From Macrostomum lignano (Eukaryota), in assembly GCA_002269645.1 (NCBI GenBank), contig NIVC01001103.1:186001-250000 (forward strand): 64,000 nt of DNA, read 5' to 3'. Numbering within the stretch: the first letter of the stretch is position 1; each line of letters starts with the position of its first letter. The translations under genes and the position numbers were made by a program. The notes beneath the pieces are model-generated. The model did no database searches. It saw nothing but the letters and a program-made list of their open reading frames with translations, and had not been told where the DNA came from. Shown here one piece after another: positions 16,453 through 29,240 of the stretch.

Positions 16453-17589
16453 TTAGTTTTTTGCTTTTTTGCTGTTTGGAGAAAGCAGAAATGCCAGGGC
16501 ATGCGCATGGATGCTTCAGATGGAACAATTATTTATTATGCATACTATTTTGATTGATATAAATTTTCAGGCCTTTCAGTTGAAATTAGATTCACAAAAT
16601 ATAAATTGCAACTTAATTACTTACATTGGAGGCCAAGCCAAATACTAAGATTTCCATGGAAGTTGTAAATACTTTCATGATAGATCAAACAAACGAGTCA
16701 GATAATATTGCTAAATATTACAATAACGCAACTTATATTATAGATATTATACTTAGATAATTTGAACATCTATTAAAAATGTAAATTTAATTGTTATCTT
16801 AACTCATTTCACATAAAAACAATACTGACAAGTATTTTTCTATTAGATGAAACTGAATTTATAGGTATAGATAAGAGAAATATTGAGAGAAAAAGCAATT
16901 TTGAACTTTTCCTCAAACCTGTTATTTAAAATGCTGGTTTGGTTTATGTATAAGTGCAACTTGAAATTATTGAACATTTCTATTTTCAACACACTGGCAT
17001 CAAAGCTTCCCTTTAAGTCATGGCTTAACACAAAATCACCCTTTGACCTATCTTTGGCTTGGCCTACTAACAACTTCCAATTGACCCTTGGCATCTTAGC
17101 AACCCCCCATGAGCCATAGCATTTTATCAACCACTCTATAAGCTTTGACATGTTAGCAATTCCACCTAAGACTTGATATCTCAATGATACTTACCAGAAG
17201 TCATAACATCATGCCATTCCCCCTACCTAGCCTTGCTACCTTGAAAATTCCCCCATGAGCTTTGATATCAAAGCAATTTCCCATATGAACCTTAACATAT
17301 ATTAGCAATTATATCAATACTTAGATAGACAGTACAGATGTCTCATTTTAGTATAGTTTAATGGCCAAAATATCTATTTATAGTAATTAAATTACACTAG
17401 CAATCTAGTGCCACCCTTTAGTGCACCTAATAAAAAAAGCAAGGAACAAAATTATTCATGCAAATCCATTAAAAAAGCACATTTTTTGAGAACCAATTTG
17501 AGTAAAATTGTCATGGACATAGATATTTGCTATGAATCTCTTTTTCTATAAAAGTCACAGAAACACAACAAAATTAGCCTTCACAAAAT

Positions 17590-17775
17590 AGCAAGCATTC
17601 CTCCCAAGTCAAAAGCATTCCCTAGATAGCAAGCATTCTCCCAAATAGAAAGCACCCCCAAATAGCAAGCATCCTCTAGATAGCAAGCATCATCCCTGGA
17701 TAGCAAGCAACCCCAGATAGCAAGCATCCCCCAGATAGCAAACATAACCCAGATAGCAAACATCCCTAGATAGAA
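17590..17775. repeat. Degenerate ~18-20-bp tandem repeat (ATAGCAAGCATCCCCCAG)
   Basis: Repeated ATAGCAAGCA core. Confidence 0.7.
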
Positions 17776-17874
17776 AGAATCAGTAGCCAGCTAGCAACCC
17801 CCTTTCAGATAACAAGTACCATCTAACCTCCCATCCCATAAGAAAAAGTTGTAAAACCATAGATGGCAACTGGT

Positions 17875-18044
17875 CATACATGCGCAACTTTGGGAATCAC
17901 CTGGCCGTTTCTATTGGCAACACACACATGTAAGTCGCTATTGGCTGAGAGCAGTCACGTGATTACTATTCTGTCCAATAGCAACTTACATGTGTGTTGC
18001 CTATAGAAACAGCTGGGTGAATCACTAGGTTGCACCCAAACATG
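17875..18044. mobile_element. Palindromic MITE-like element, copy A (~170 bp)
   Basis: Internal inverted arms (CATGTAAGTCGCTATTGG / CCAATAGCAACTTACATG); similar copies at 23820 and 24226 in the opposite orientation. Confidence 0.75.
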
Positions 18045-18940
18045 CAATTGGTGCACTTTTGAATTTTTTAAAAATGTAGTGCAAACATAGATGCGCAACA
18101 CCTGCGTGCACGCTGCCTTTTCCTGCTGGCTACTGCTCCTGTAAATAAATATACATGGAAAAGGGCATATACACTTGTCATTTATAATGCTTGGAGATGT
18201 TCTGAAATTTCAATTTTATATTTTTTCAAAAATATTACAATAATACTAAATAATAAAAATAATAATACTTTTGCTAAATATTAAAAATAGTAAGCAAAAG
18301 ATGCTTACTTTTAGAACATCTCTAATCTAATCTAATCTCTAATCTAATCTTTTTCTTAGCTAGCGCAATAATCATTTTTTTTATCTAGTACAATAATCTT
18401 TTTCTCATCAAGTGCAATAATCACTTTCTGAGCTAATGCAAAATCTGTCTTAACTAATAGTTAGTCTGTTCACATCTAGGCTAGCTCTAATCAAATTTAT
18501 AAAATGAATTTTGGCACTTATAGTTAATATACTTATAAGACATAATGATGCCTTTTTTATGTTTCACATGATGATTTCTCTATGATTGATATGAAGCTTC
18601 TTTAATGTTTTATGATACTTCTTTTGTTTGACATGAAATATCTTTGATATTTGACAGGATGCTTCAGAGCCTTAAGACTATTCAGAGCCTTAATTAATTA
18701 ATTAATTATCTAACAACAGGTCTTCATTTGCCTAAAATTAGAAATTAGAAATTACTAATTTAGCATTTTTTTATTATAATGCAGTGTAGTACTGTATAAT
18801 AGTAATACAGTACTAATAGTAATAGTAATAATAGTTTTTAGCAATAGTGATAGATAGTGAGAATGTAAGATAGTCAATATATCATAGTTAGTAATAAAAA
18901 AGCCTAGCTATATTATAACTTTACTTTAAACTATGTAAAG

Positions 18941-20540
18941 TTGACTAATATAGTGCAGTTTCTTGTTTTTCTCATAGGCCTTGACTTAGTCATAATAATG
19001 AATAAGAATAATGAAGATATAGATCAAGATCATATGATTGAAATTGAAGTCAATAATAATGATGAAGCAGCTAAAGCTCAAGCTCATCATGAAGACAATG
19101 ATAATGATGATAATGAAAACCAAGATCAAGACTCTCAAGAGGCAGTCAATCAAAATCAAAATCCTTGGCCTCATTTAAGTACTTATTTTAAATTATATTC
19201 TTTATCAAATAATGGTTAAGCCAAAGGCAATGAAAGAAATCTGGCTTTTTGTGTATGCTATGCAAGCCTTCAAAAAAATTGTGAAAGCATATATTTTATC
19301 ACTTTGCAATTTAAAATCACACATTACTTGTGTGCACTTAGCACAAGCATCTGAGGTAAGGCTAGTGCATTTGCATTTGTATAAGCAAAACTAAACTTTT
19401 TATATCTTTTTTTTTATTTTTTATTTTTATTTATTTATTTTGATTTATTTTATTTTGATATTTCATTTTGAATTTTTATACCTTTTTTAATACTTTTTTA
19501 GTTATGATTACATATTTTTTTAGTTTTGAATTCTTATTAATAGGTATTCTTTTTTAATGATTCAATTATTGTTATTGATTTTTTGAGTTTATTTATTAAA
19601 TTTTAGTATTGAATTTCTTGCTGCTTTGTTTCAACTTCAAAAAAATTTTAGTAATAGTATTCTTATATATTTTGCAAATTTTGAACTTTGCTTTTAAATT
19701 GATTAGCTTGAATATATTTGATGAATCAATGGTTTTTTGATAAAATTATTTTACTGACTTACTATAATTTTGCTTTGAATCATAGTTTCTATGTGTCCAA
19801 GCAAACTCAAAGCAAGGCCAGTCTTCTTGTGCTACTGGAGTATCACCAAAGAGCACAAAGACTAAGCAAATTTGAGATACTGATAGTCAAAGTCTAAGCA
19901 AATCTGCTTTTACCAATGACAATCCAGCTACGCCTACATCTATGAAAGCCAGTCCTGCAACTCCTATAGTCAGTTCTGGTCATGTCCAAAAAAGGCTTGA
20001 ATATCATCTGGACAATCACAGCTAAAAATTGCTCAGTCTTTTAGTCTGCACAATTCATCTGCACATGTTTTGCAGGCTATTATTGACCAAGCTCTAATTG
20101 AGTTCATCACTGACAATATGCTTCCACTATGTCTTGTTGACTCAGCTTCATTTTTTAAATTTTGCCGACTGCTCAATGAGCGGAAGTTTACCTTGTCAAG
20201 GAGAACTCTTGGCGACAGATCAAGGATGCCTACAATGCAATGATGAAGATGCTCATCACTCATTAGGTATGTCTAAAAATGTCAAATTCTATGCTATCCT
20301 TTTAATTTGACTTAATTACACTAATAAAAACAAAAAAATAGGTCATTAGGATTTAAGAATAACAATGGTGGACATGACTTCTAATCTAATATTTAATCTA
20401 AAAAATTATAAAAACTCATATTCACTAATTTTTAGCACCCTGAGCACTATGCCATATGTGGGCACTACAGCTGACTACTAGACAGGGCTTTAGTGGGCTT
20501 TCTCGGGATAACAGTGCATTGGCTGGATCCAGTAACCTGT
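18941..20540 (+). pseudogene. Tol2-like hAT transposase relic, N-terminal part
   Basis: QNQNPWPHLSTYFKL and ..LCNLKSHITCVH (BED finger), LIEFITDNMLPLCLVDSASFF..LSRRTL, YVGTTADY*T and GFLGITVHWLDPVT; stops and frameshifts. Similarity to Tol2 transposase is from recall. Confidence 0.8.
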
Positions 20541-20574
20541 GAACAACATTTTGCTGTTTTGGCATTTATTTGAG

Positions 20575-22345
20575 TACAAGCTGTTGAAACCTGCGAATTT
20601 TGAACCCAGGGAACTCCATTCCCCGGAATTATTTTTGCATGTATTCTAAAATCTAAGGTAAAACTCAAACAAAAACTTGTTCCCTTGTTAATAGTTAGAA
20701 TAGAGTTAAACATAAAATAGTGTACATTCATATAATTAGGATTTGAGGCAAAAATTGATATTGTTGGCTGGGGTGCTGCACAGAATGTCAGGCAAACTCT
20801 GGCCTCTACGTACCTCTGCCTCTCCCTATGTCCTTTGCATCCTTTGAAACTTCCATCTTCTTTTCTGTTTCCTATCTTCTCTCTCATCTCTTCTCTCTCT
20901 CCGCTCTTATCTCTTCTTTCTTCTCTCCTCTCTCGTCTCCTCTCTCGTCTCTTCCCTCTCCCCTCTATTCTTTTCTCTCTCTTCTCCTCTCTTCGCTCTG
21001 GTCTCTGGTCTCTCATATCTCCTTTCTCCTGTTTTATCTTTTCTCATTTCTCTCTGCTTTCTACTCTCTCTCCCTCTGCTCTCTGCTCTCTCTTCCCTCA
21101 CCTCTCTTCTCACTCCTTACTCTACCCTCTCTCAACACTTTCCTTATCTCTACTCTCTCCTTTTTCCTCTCTTCTCTCAACTCTTTCCTCTCCTCTGTCC
21201 ACTCTGTCCTCTCATCTCTCTGCTCTCTCCTATCCTATCTCTCTTCTCTCTCTTCTCTCCCCTCTTTCCTCTCCTCTCTGGTCCTTTTCACCAATTTCCC
21301 CTGTCCTCTCGATTCTCTCCCTTCCCCTCCTCTCTCCTCATTCACTTCTCATCTCTCCCTTGTCTACACCTCTCATCCCTTATTTCTTATCTCTCCTCTT
21401 TTCTCTCTACTCTCCCATCTCTCGTCTGTTCACTCTCGTTTCTGCTCTCTCATCTCCCCTCTCTTATCTGTCATCTTTACTCTCATATGTTCTCTCACCT
21501 CTCTCCCCTTGTACTCCTCTCTTTCCCCTTTTTGACTCAGGAGGACTCGATCCTTTCTTCTTTCTTCTCATCTTTTCTCTTCTCTCTTCTATACTCTCTC
21601 CCTCTCTTGTCTTCTCTCTTCTCTCTCACTCTCCTCTCTCCTCTCTTATATCGTCTGTTCACTCTCATCTTTGCTCTCTCATTCCCCTCTCTCTTCTATC
21701 ATCTCTACTCTCCTCTCTACTGTGTACTATTCTCTTTCCCCTCTTCTGACTCCTCTCTTTCCTTACTCCTCTCTTCTCTTCCCTCTTTTATACTCTCTCC
21801 CCTCTATTCTCTTTTCTCATCTCTCCGCACTCTGCTCTCTCTTCCTTCATCTCTCATCTCTACTCTACTCTCTCATATTTCCTTTCATCTCACTCATCTC
21901 TACAATCTCATTTCTTTCCTCTTTTCTCCTCTTCCCTTTACTCTATCATCTCTCCTTTGTCCTCTCTTCTTTCTCAACTCTCTCTCTCTCATCTCTATCT
22001 TCTCTCTTCTCTCGTCACTTGTCTCTCCCCCTCTTATTTCCTCTCCTCTATCCTTTCTAATCCCCCCTCTCAATACTCTCATCTCCTCTTTGTTCTCTCA
22101 TCTCACTCTTCTCTACTCTCCTCTCTCATCGATCCTCTGTCTCATCTCTCCCCTCTTCTCTTCCATCTTCTCACCTCTACTATTTCCTCTCCCTTCTCTC
22201 TCCCCTCCTCTCGCTTCTTTGTCCCATATTCTCTGCTCTCTCCTCAACCTCCTCGTACGTCTCTCCTGTTATCTTCTATCTTTTCTTTTATCCCCTCTCG
22301 CCCTTCTCCCTTTCTAATAGTCTATTCCTTTTCCTTTTCACTCTC
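20575..22345. repeat. Dispersed repeat segment followed by ~1.5-kb CT-rich low-complexity tract
   Basis: 20575-20900 resembles 30640-31140, including the start of the CT tract; polypyrimidine tract 20815-22345. Confidence 0.85.
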
Positions 22346-22889
22346 ATTGGCCCGTAGCCATGAGCTGGATTCTTTATCTGGCCTTTGAGATAAAAATCTG
22401 CCGATCCCTGCTTCGAAAGCCAGTTTGTGGGACGTAGTACTATCATGGTTGTTATCATTTCCCATGCTTTAATCACGTCATCTTTCTGGTCAATTAGCAG
22501 CGCTGAGAGAATTTTGTATATCTCCAGCTCCACCACCAAAGTCTGCACTCTGCAGCAGTCTAACAACCAAGGGAAATACGCATTTCTTAGGAGCCATTTA
22601 AATTTTAAAGTACCTTATGCGAATCTTAATGTTAAAATTTTATGGTGTAACTAATTTAGTAGGATTGCATTGTAATAAGTTATTCATTATTTTTTCGATA
22701 TTTTTATAAACCATCCCACATTGCCTTGATTTGCCATCCTTGTTTAACTGCTACAGACTTGTCTATTCAGAGGAAAGGAAAGTGGTTTAAAATTGAATCT
22801 CTCACTAAACTCTCTCCTCTCCACGCCTCTCCACTCGCGGGGGTACAGAGAAGGCTATTAAAAAGTTATTCCAAAACACTGTACATTCG

Positions 22890-23670
22890 CTATGTACATT
22901 CAGTCCTATCGCCTGACCCTTCGTCTGGCTCTGGGGGAATGAGTGAGTGAGTGGCACAAACAACAGAAAAAGCAGACAAACTTCACATGCTTATAGTTTC
23001 TTTTTCGGTTGAGCTACAGAGTTGAAACTTTACATTTAGACAGAGAATGGGTCAATGAAGAATTGTGTCAAGTTTGAAGTCAATCGCTTTATGTGGTGCA
23101 AACTTATGGCAGCTGAAAGTTAGTCAATTTTAAAACCCTTTTACACATCTGGGCCCAGATCGGGAAAGAGAGGCAGGCGGGCGGAGGTTGGGGTGGTTGC
23201 TACGCTGAAAAAAACAGCCTAACTTTAAAAGTGCACAGCGGCTTTCAGGATTAACTTTGAGATTTGAAATTTTACACGATTGTGTCAAAATAGTTGAAAA
23301 TTGCCTGTGTCAAATTTGAAGAGAATCGGTAGAAGTGGAGCGGCGCTATGGAGGATTTAGTGAAAAAATCGCGCATTTTGAGCAGTTTTTTGCACTTTTA
23401 GGTGGGAAGACTCAAATTTAGGAAATTTTAAGGTAGCCTAAGACATTCTCCGTAGTAAGTTTAGGGTGGGTGTAAAGTTAGGTATAATTTGGTTGAGTGG
23501 TTTGGGAGTCCATAGCGATCAAAATTGTCTACACACAGACACACACACACACACACACAGAGTTTTGATTTTTATAGTTAGAGATTTGGCCGTCACACTG
23601 CTTATGCACTGGCTGAAGCAATTTTATCACTTCATACACACATACATGCGCAACAGTTGGCCGAGTTTGA
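22890..23670. mobile_element. Non-autonomous interspersed element (Helentron/HINE-like); inverted copy at 29480-29960
   Basis: 22890-23330 matches the reverse complement of 29480-29960 (e.g. TTTAGACAGAGAATGGGTCAATGAAGAATTG); CA microsatellite and short hairpin-like end near 23530-23670. Classification tentative. Confidence 0.5.
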
Positions 23671-23819
23671 ATATATGTCAATATATAAAATAATCTCTTT
23701 AGATTAGTTTGATTATGACTGAGGAAATAGACTTAGATTCTTATATAATTAGACCAAATAAACATATTCTTGTCTTGTTTCTTTTTATTTCTACCTAGGC
23801 CTTTGCTGACTATACCACA

Positions 23820-23991
23820 CATGCTTGGGTGCAACCTTGGGATTTACTTGGCCATTTCTATTGGCAACACACACACATGTATGTTGCTATTGAACAGAAT
23901 AGTAATCACATGACTGTTCTCAGCCAATAGCGACTTACGTGTGTGTTGCCAATCAAAACAGCCAGGTGATTCCGAAGGTTGCGCACATATG
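23820..23991. mobile_element. Palindromic MITE-like element, copy B
   Basis: Same family as 17875 and 24226. Confidence 0.75.
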
Positions 23992-24225
23992 ATGCCACAG
24001 CTTGCACTAGCCTTATTGGCATGTCTACTTAGCATCAGTCTAATGAGACCACTGCCAGAGCTACTACAGCTAATCAATATCAAACTACTATGGCCAATGC
24101 TAGTGCTAGTGATACTGACGACAGTGTATTAGAGGATTACAATGGAGATGGTGAACCTATGGCTAACACTGAGAAAGGCCTGCTAGTTGTACTAGAGCCA
24201 ATCAGTGTAGTGTAAGTATAATAAA

Positions 24226-24412
24226 CATGCTTGGGTGCAACCTAGGGATTCACCTGGCCATTTCTATTGGCAACACATACATGTAAGTTGCTATTGGATG
24301 GAATAGTAGTCACATGACTACTTTCAACCAATAGCAACTTACATGTGTGTGTGTGTGTGTATGTGTGTTACCAATAGAAACGACCGGGTGAATCCTAAGG
24401 TTGTGCATGTAT
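24226..24412. mobile_element. Palindromic MITE-like element, copy C
   Basis: Perfect 18-bp internal arms CATGTAAGTTGCTATTGG / CCAATAGCAACTTACATG. Confidence 0.78.
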
Positions 24413-25837
24413 AGTGATAGAGTAGCTTGATGAGGCATCTGAATCTCATGATCTTGGCCATGGTCTACTGCCCCATCACATGAGATGCACTGCCCACACT
24501 CCTAATCTGGTGGCTACAGCTGATGTTCAGATGCTAATTTGAATTCTCAGTCTAGCAATGCATTTGTTATCAGTAGCAAAAGTCAATAAGTATTCCAACA
24601 GCAATTCTGACAAACAACTGCCAAAGCTCAAGCTTTATGGAATATGTAGGGCCAAAGCACACAAGCTGCTATGACATTAAAAACCTTCTTGCATTCAAAT
24701 TGGCTGTCCCAAATGTCACTCATTGGAATTCTTTCTACTGCCCTGTGAAGCAGCTATGCACAATCTTCGACAAAACCATTGCTCTAGCTCAGTCTGAAAA
24801 AGATGCAAATAAGCATCTAGCACTAAATCATCTTATGCAGCAATTGCAGAAGCCAATACCACCATTTAAAACTAACAACGTCCAATTTTTTATCGAATTC
24901 AAATGGGCATCTTGCCTTTTAGAGATGGCTTTGGATTACCTTCAAGGAAAATCCCAGGCTTATCTGGGGGTGCTGATACCAACAATTACAATAACTATTA
25001 GCAAGCTGAAGGCAGTCAAAATATCTGGCTTGCAATTTTGCAACATACTTATTGAGATTATGATTTTTGGAATTCAGAAGCGCTTTGCTTTAGCATTTGA
25101 CGACATAGATTGCCTGCTTAGTGTTGCATTCCACCCAAAGTTTCAGTTTCAATGGCTAGATACTTGTTATCCCGAGAAGGCTATAATTGTTTGAGGGCTA
25201 ATGGAGAATGCAGTGAAAACTGCAATTGAAGATGACAACAAAGGCAGCCTTAAAGAAAACACTAAAAACATTTCTTTACATTGGCCTGCTGATCACTCAA
25301 AACTGATTGCTGATTGCTGCAAAACACATAAAATTGATTGTTGCAATGCTCACCACAGCACTGCCAAAGCCACAGAGGGGCTAGAAGAGTCAGTTGATTT
25401 TGTTAGCAATATTATCCAGACATGGCAAAATCTCATTATGGATGACCCAACTCCTCTAAGTCAAGCTCAGATTATTGTTGAATCCTAGGCAAATTCCTCA
25501 TACAATGCGGCAGACCAGCTGACTGACAAGGCATTCCTATACAATAAAAACCTTTTTGCTTGTTTATCTGCTACAATACCCCAATACCATCAAATGCTAG
25601 TGTTGAGCTGCTGTTTTCAATGTGCAAGGATATTCTTTGAGCAAAGCGAGCACCACTTTCAGACGTGATGCTCACCTAACTAATGTTTCTGCAGGGCAAT
25701 TGCATGGTTCTTTGGCAGTATGAATCAAACGAATGAGTGACAATTTTTACTGATGAGTAATGACAATTTTACACAAGTGGTAAACTGATAGACGTATATT
25801 CTTATTCAAAAATCAAAATGACGAGTTCATTGTAGAA

Positions 25838-25905
25838 CAAGGGTCAGCGAACTTTTGTGTCAAGGGCCAGAAAAAAAATCTAGCTTATGGCTGCGGGCCA
25901 GATGA
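25838..25905 (+). mobile_element. hAT-Charlie (MER58-like) terminal fragment
   Basis: CAAGGGTCAGCGAACTTT..AAGGGCCAGA..GCGGGCCA resembles Charlie/MER58 ends (recall). Confidence 0.5.
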
Positions 25906-26907
25906 AAGTGGGATTGGAGAGGGAATAGAAGTTGGAAGAGGAGAAAAGAGGGAAGAGAGGGAAGAGAAGAAGGGAAAGAGGAAAGAGAGAAATGAAAAGG
26001 GAAATAAACCTTAAGAATGCCTGATTGCTATTGTCATATTGTGAAGTTTTAAAGAACTGCAGGGCCAGATAGAGAGGCTTTGTTATTAACAGAAATTAAG
26101 ATTTTCATTAATGGTGCCCAACATTGAATTCAAGCAATATCTACAGATGTTTTGAAATTTCAATTTCAATTTTCCAAATTTTGGAATTTTCAAGTGCAAA
26201 TTTTGATTTTTTTAAAAATTGTAATTAAAATTTTGAAAGAGTCTAGTTTGAAATTTTTTGTTTCATCTGATTTTTTAAGATTTTTGTTATTGTCTAATGA
26301 TATTTCACAGTCAGGAAGGTAGTAGATTTTACACAAAATTGTGGCGCACACAGAGGATTTTTTTGGTGCACATGGCACAAATGGCGTAGAAAAAAATTTA
26401 TTGTGCACCATGTGTGCATATACAACGCACAAAGTGTCTTACCTGGCAGTCTATACTGTATTAACTTCTTAGTTCACATGTAAAAGATGAAACACAATGA
26501 CAAACTTACTTTTTTTAATTTAAAATGGCACAAAAAGGTTTTTTTTTAATTTATGGTAACATAACATATGTACTTGAAAAAATATTACAACAATTGTTGG
26601 TTTTTAAACTCAAAACGATAAATTAAAAAACACATAAAATTATATGTGCACCTTCCTGACCATGGATGATATTAATATGAATCAATTTTTCAAAAATATT
26701 TGGATTTGGTTTAAAATTATTTTGGAGCATTTTTGGAACTGCTATAAACTGATAGAATTAGCAATGTGCAATTATAATGTGCTATGGTTATTATACATCA
26801 ACACATTGAAATTTAAATATGAAAATGGTTGACCCTATAACAATTACAGCATATGAATTCACAAAAATGATAACTTTTGTTAATAGGCCTATATTATTAA
26901 TTCTATA

Positions 26908-27190
26908 TATACATACATGCACAACAGTCGGCCGAGTCTGCCGATTGATTTGGCAGCCAACCAAGGAAGTCACAAAAATGCCCACCCAAAAACACCTAGT
27001 AGTAGTACTAAGTAGCTGACAAGGCATTTTGGCTTATTAAGACAGTCATAGTCATTTACCCAAAGTTGCAATAATTTTTCTTTAGGGTTTTTTACATGCA
27101 AGTTGCATTTTTGTCCCAAAAAACTAGGTCACATTTTTTTTAAAACTAAGTTGCATGGCCGACATAATTTGGAGGTTGCGCATGTATGTA
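26908..27190. mobile_element. MITE with TIR CATACATGCRCAAC; internal part also found in KDM5 intron at ~11880-11980
   Basis: Left CATACATGCACAAC, right GTTGCGCATGTATG, in TA-rich flanks; shared AAGACAGTCATAGT..TTTACCCAAA..TTTAGGGTTT block. Confidence 0.65.
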
Positions 27191-29240
27191 TATATATAAT
27201 ACAAAGTTATTCATACTACATATAAAAATGATCTACACAAATTGATTGCTATTCAACAAATCAGTGAAATATATATATTAAAATAAACCCTATATCCAAT
27301 GAAAACCATTAATATATATATATACATTCTACTATGTTTTATACATCAAACATAAGAGCAAAAAACATGGCATGTACATTGTATACATATATATATATAT
27401 ATATATATTTACATCAAACATAAGAGAGCAAAAAACATGGTATGTACATTGCATAGAGAAAAGTATATATATGTATAATTAGTAATTAGTACATATACCA
27501 TTATGCTATTTGAACATATATGTTCATTGTATGTATATGGCAAAGGGTGGCTTAAAAAGTTATATATATGTAGTGACCTTTGCGAAAGTTTGATGCATTA
27601 AATATGAATTATTTATTTCTAGAAATTTCCCTATAGAGTAAAAATTAAATTCTTGAAATTTTTTCTCATAGTAACTAATTCTAATACTTGCATTTAATAA
27701 ATATTTAATGTATATTTTAATACAATAAAGCAGTACTACAATTAATGCAAATCTAATAGGAATCAATAATTAATATTTGTTTTGTTATAAAACTCAGAAT
27801 ATTCTAGAAGTTTCTGGCAATGCTCTTGATGGCTATAAATAAATGGCGCCAACTGCAGATAATCTTTACCTTCTTATTATTCTCCTTACTTCTTACTCCA
27901 CTGTCTTTTAACCAAATATAATAGGAACCACTACCTAGCTTTTTCTTTTTCTTTAATTTACATTAAATTCTTACAACTGGTCTAGTGACACATAGGCCTA
28001 TAGTTATATATACATAATATGCATGCTGATACTCAAATTACTCTGTCATCCAAACAAAAAGCTAACCAATATTGATTTAACCTACTGTAAAATATATTGA
28101 GCTATAAAAATGAGTGTTGGTCATAGTATACATTGTACAATTTATTTTGATTTTGGAAAAAAGCTAATTTTGATCTTGATTTCAATAGAAAATACATTTT
28201 TGGAATATCTTTAATTAATAAGATCTATGTTTTTAATTTATCATTTTGTAGCATTTAGTAGCTTAGTTTTCAAAGTAACATTGTCTATTAAAATATTGAT
28301 TTTTATTAGAATAGGCCTAGGCCTACTAAAAAAGAAATATATATATAAAATATAATAAAACCTATAATACAAGCCACAACCATTTAATTTAAAAAAATAA
28401 ATTTTGGCTTAATCAAATAAAACAATAAATTCTTTACCTAATTATAAAAACTACTATTGTTGGAAAAGAAATTAGGATAATAAGCTAGTTCTAGGGTCCA
28501 ACAGTTTAATTTTATTAGGATTTAGAACAAGGGCCTGGCTATCTACTGACCTACATTTTATTTTTACATTGCATTCTACTAGGCAAATGTAGGAAATAAA
28601 ATTGTCTAGGCCTACACAAGAAATATATAGCCGAAAAGCCAAACCAACCAACTAGAATCATACGATGATCAGCTACTTTAATTATTAACCTTATTAATAC
28701 CTTATTAATAGGGGCCATTTACATCTACATGTAATTTATCATAAATCTTTTATTTTAATAAGCGCGATGTGATTTTAAGATACTTAAATACCCAACAAAG
28801 TTGTTTACGTTTTATTAAAGAAAAGAGTCTAGTAGCGAAACTATAAAATCAAACGCTTCTAACTTTATCTAAATCAAGACGTACAAATAGTACTGAAGAT
28901 CTAACGCGCGGTAAAATTTATATTTTATTTTAAAAAACTTTATTTTCTTGCTCACTGTCCACTTTTAAAACTAAAATACTAAAACAAATCGTATAAGGTT
29001 TTTACTAGTTCTTAGTTTTCCTTGATTAAAAATACTTTTAAAACACATCTTAAAATTTCTTAAACCTAAAATCTTGAATAAATTGTCTAGAGAATGAATA
29101 ACAATAAGGGCTGTTGATTCAAACTACTAATGATGATTTATCTAATTTCATTGTCAAGTCAAGTCAAGTCAAGAGGATTAAATGAAGGTTATTGTTACTT
29201 CTTCATTGTGCCTATGTCTAAGTAATCTAGTAGGGTGTAA

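Larger units (their letters stand above)
23798..25720 (+). pseudogene. Tol2-like hAT transposase relic, C-terminal part, interrupted by two MITEs
   Basis: LPHHMRCTAHTPNLVA, AKAQALWNM, VPNVTHWNSFY, LDYLQGKSQAYLGVLIPTI, GIQKRFALAFDD..FHPKF and dimerisation motif YNTPIPSNASVELLFSMCKDIL*AKRAPLSD. Confidence 0.85.
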
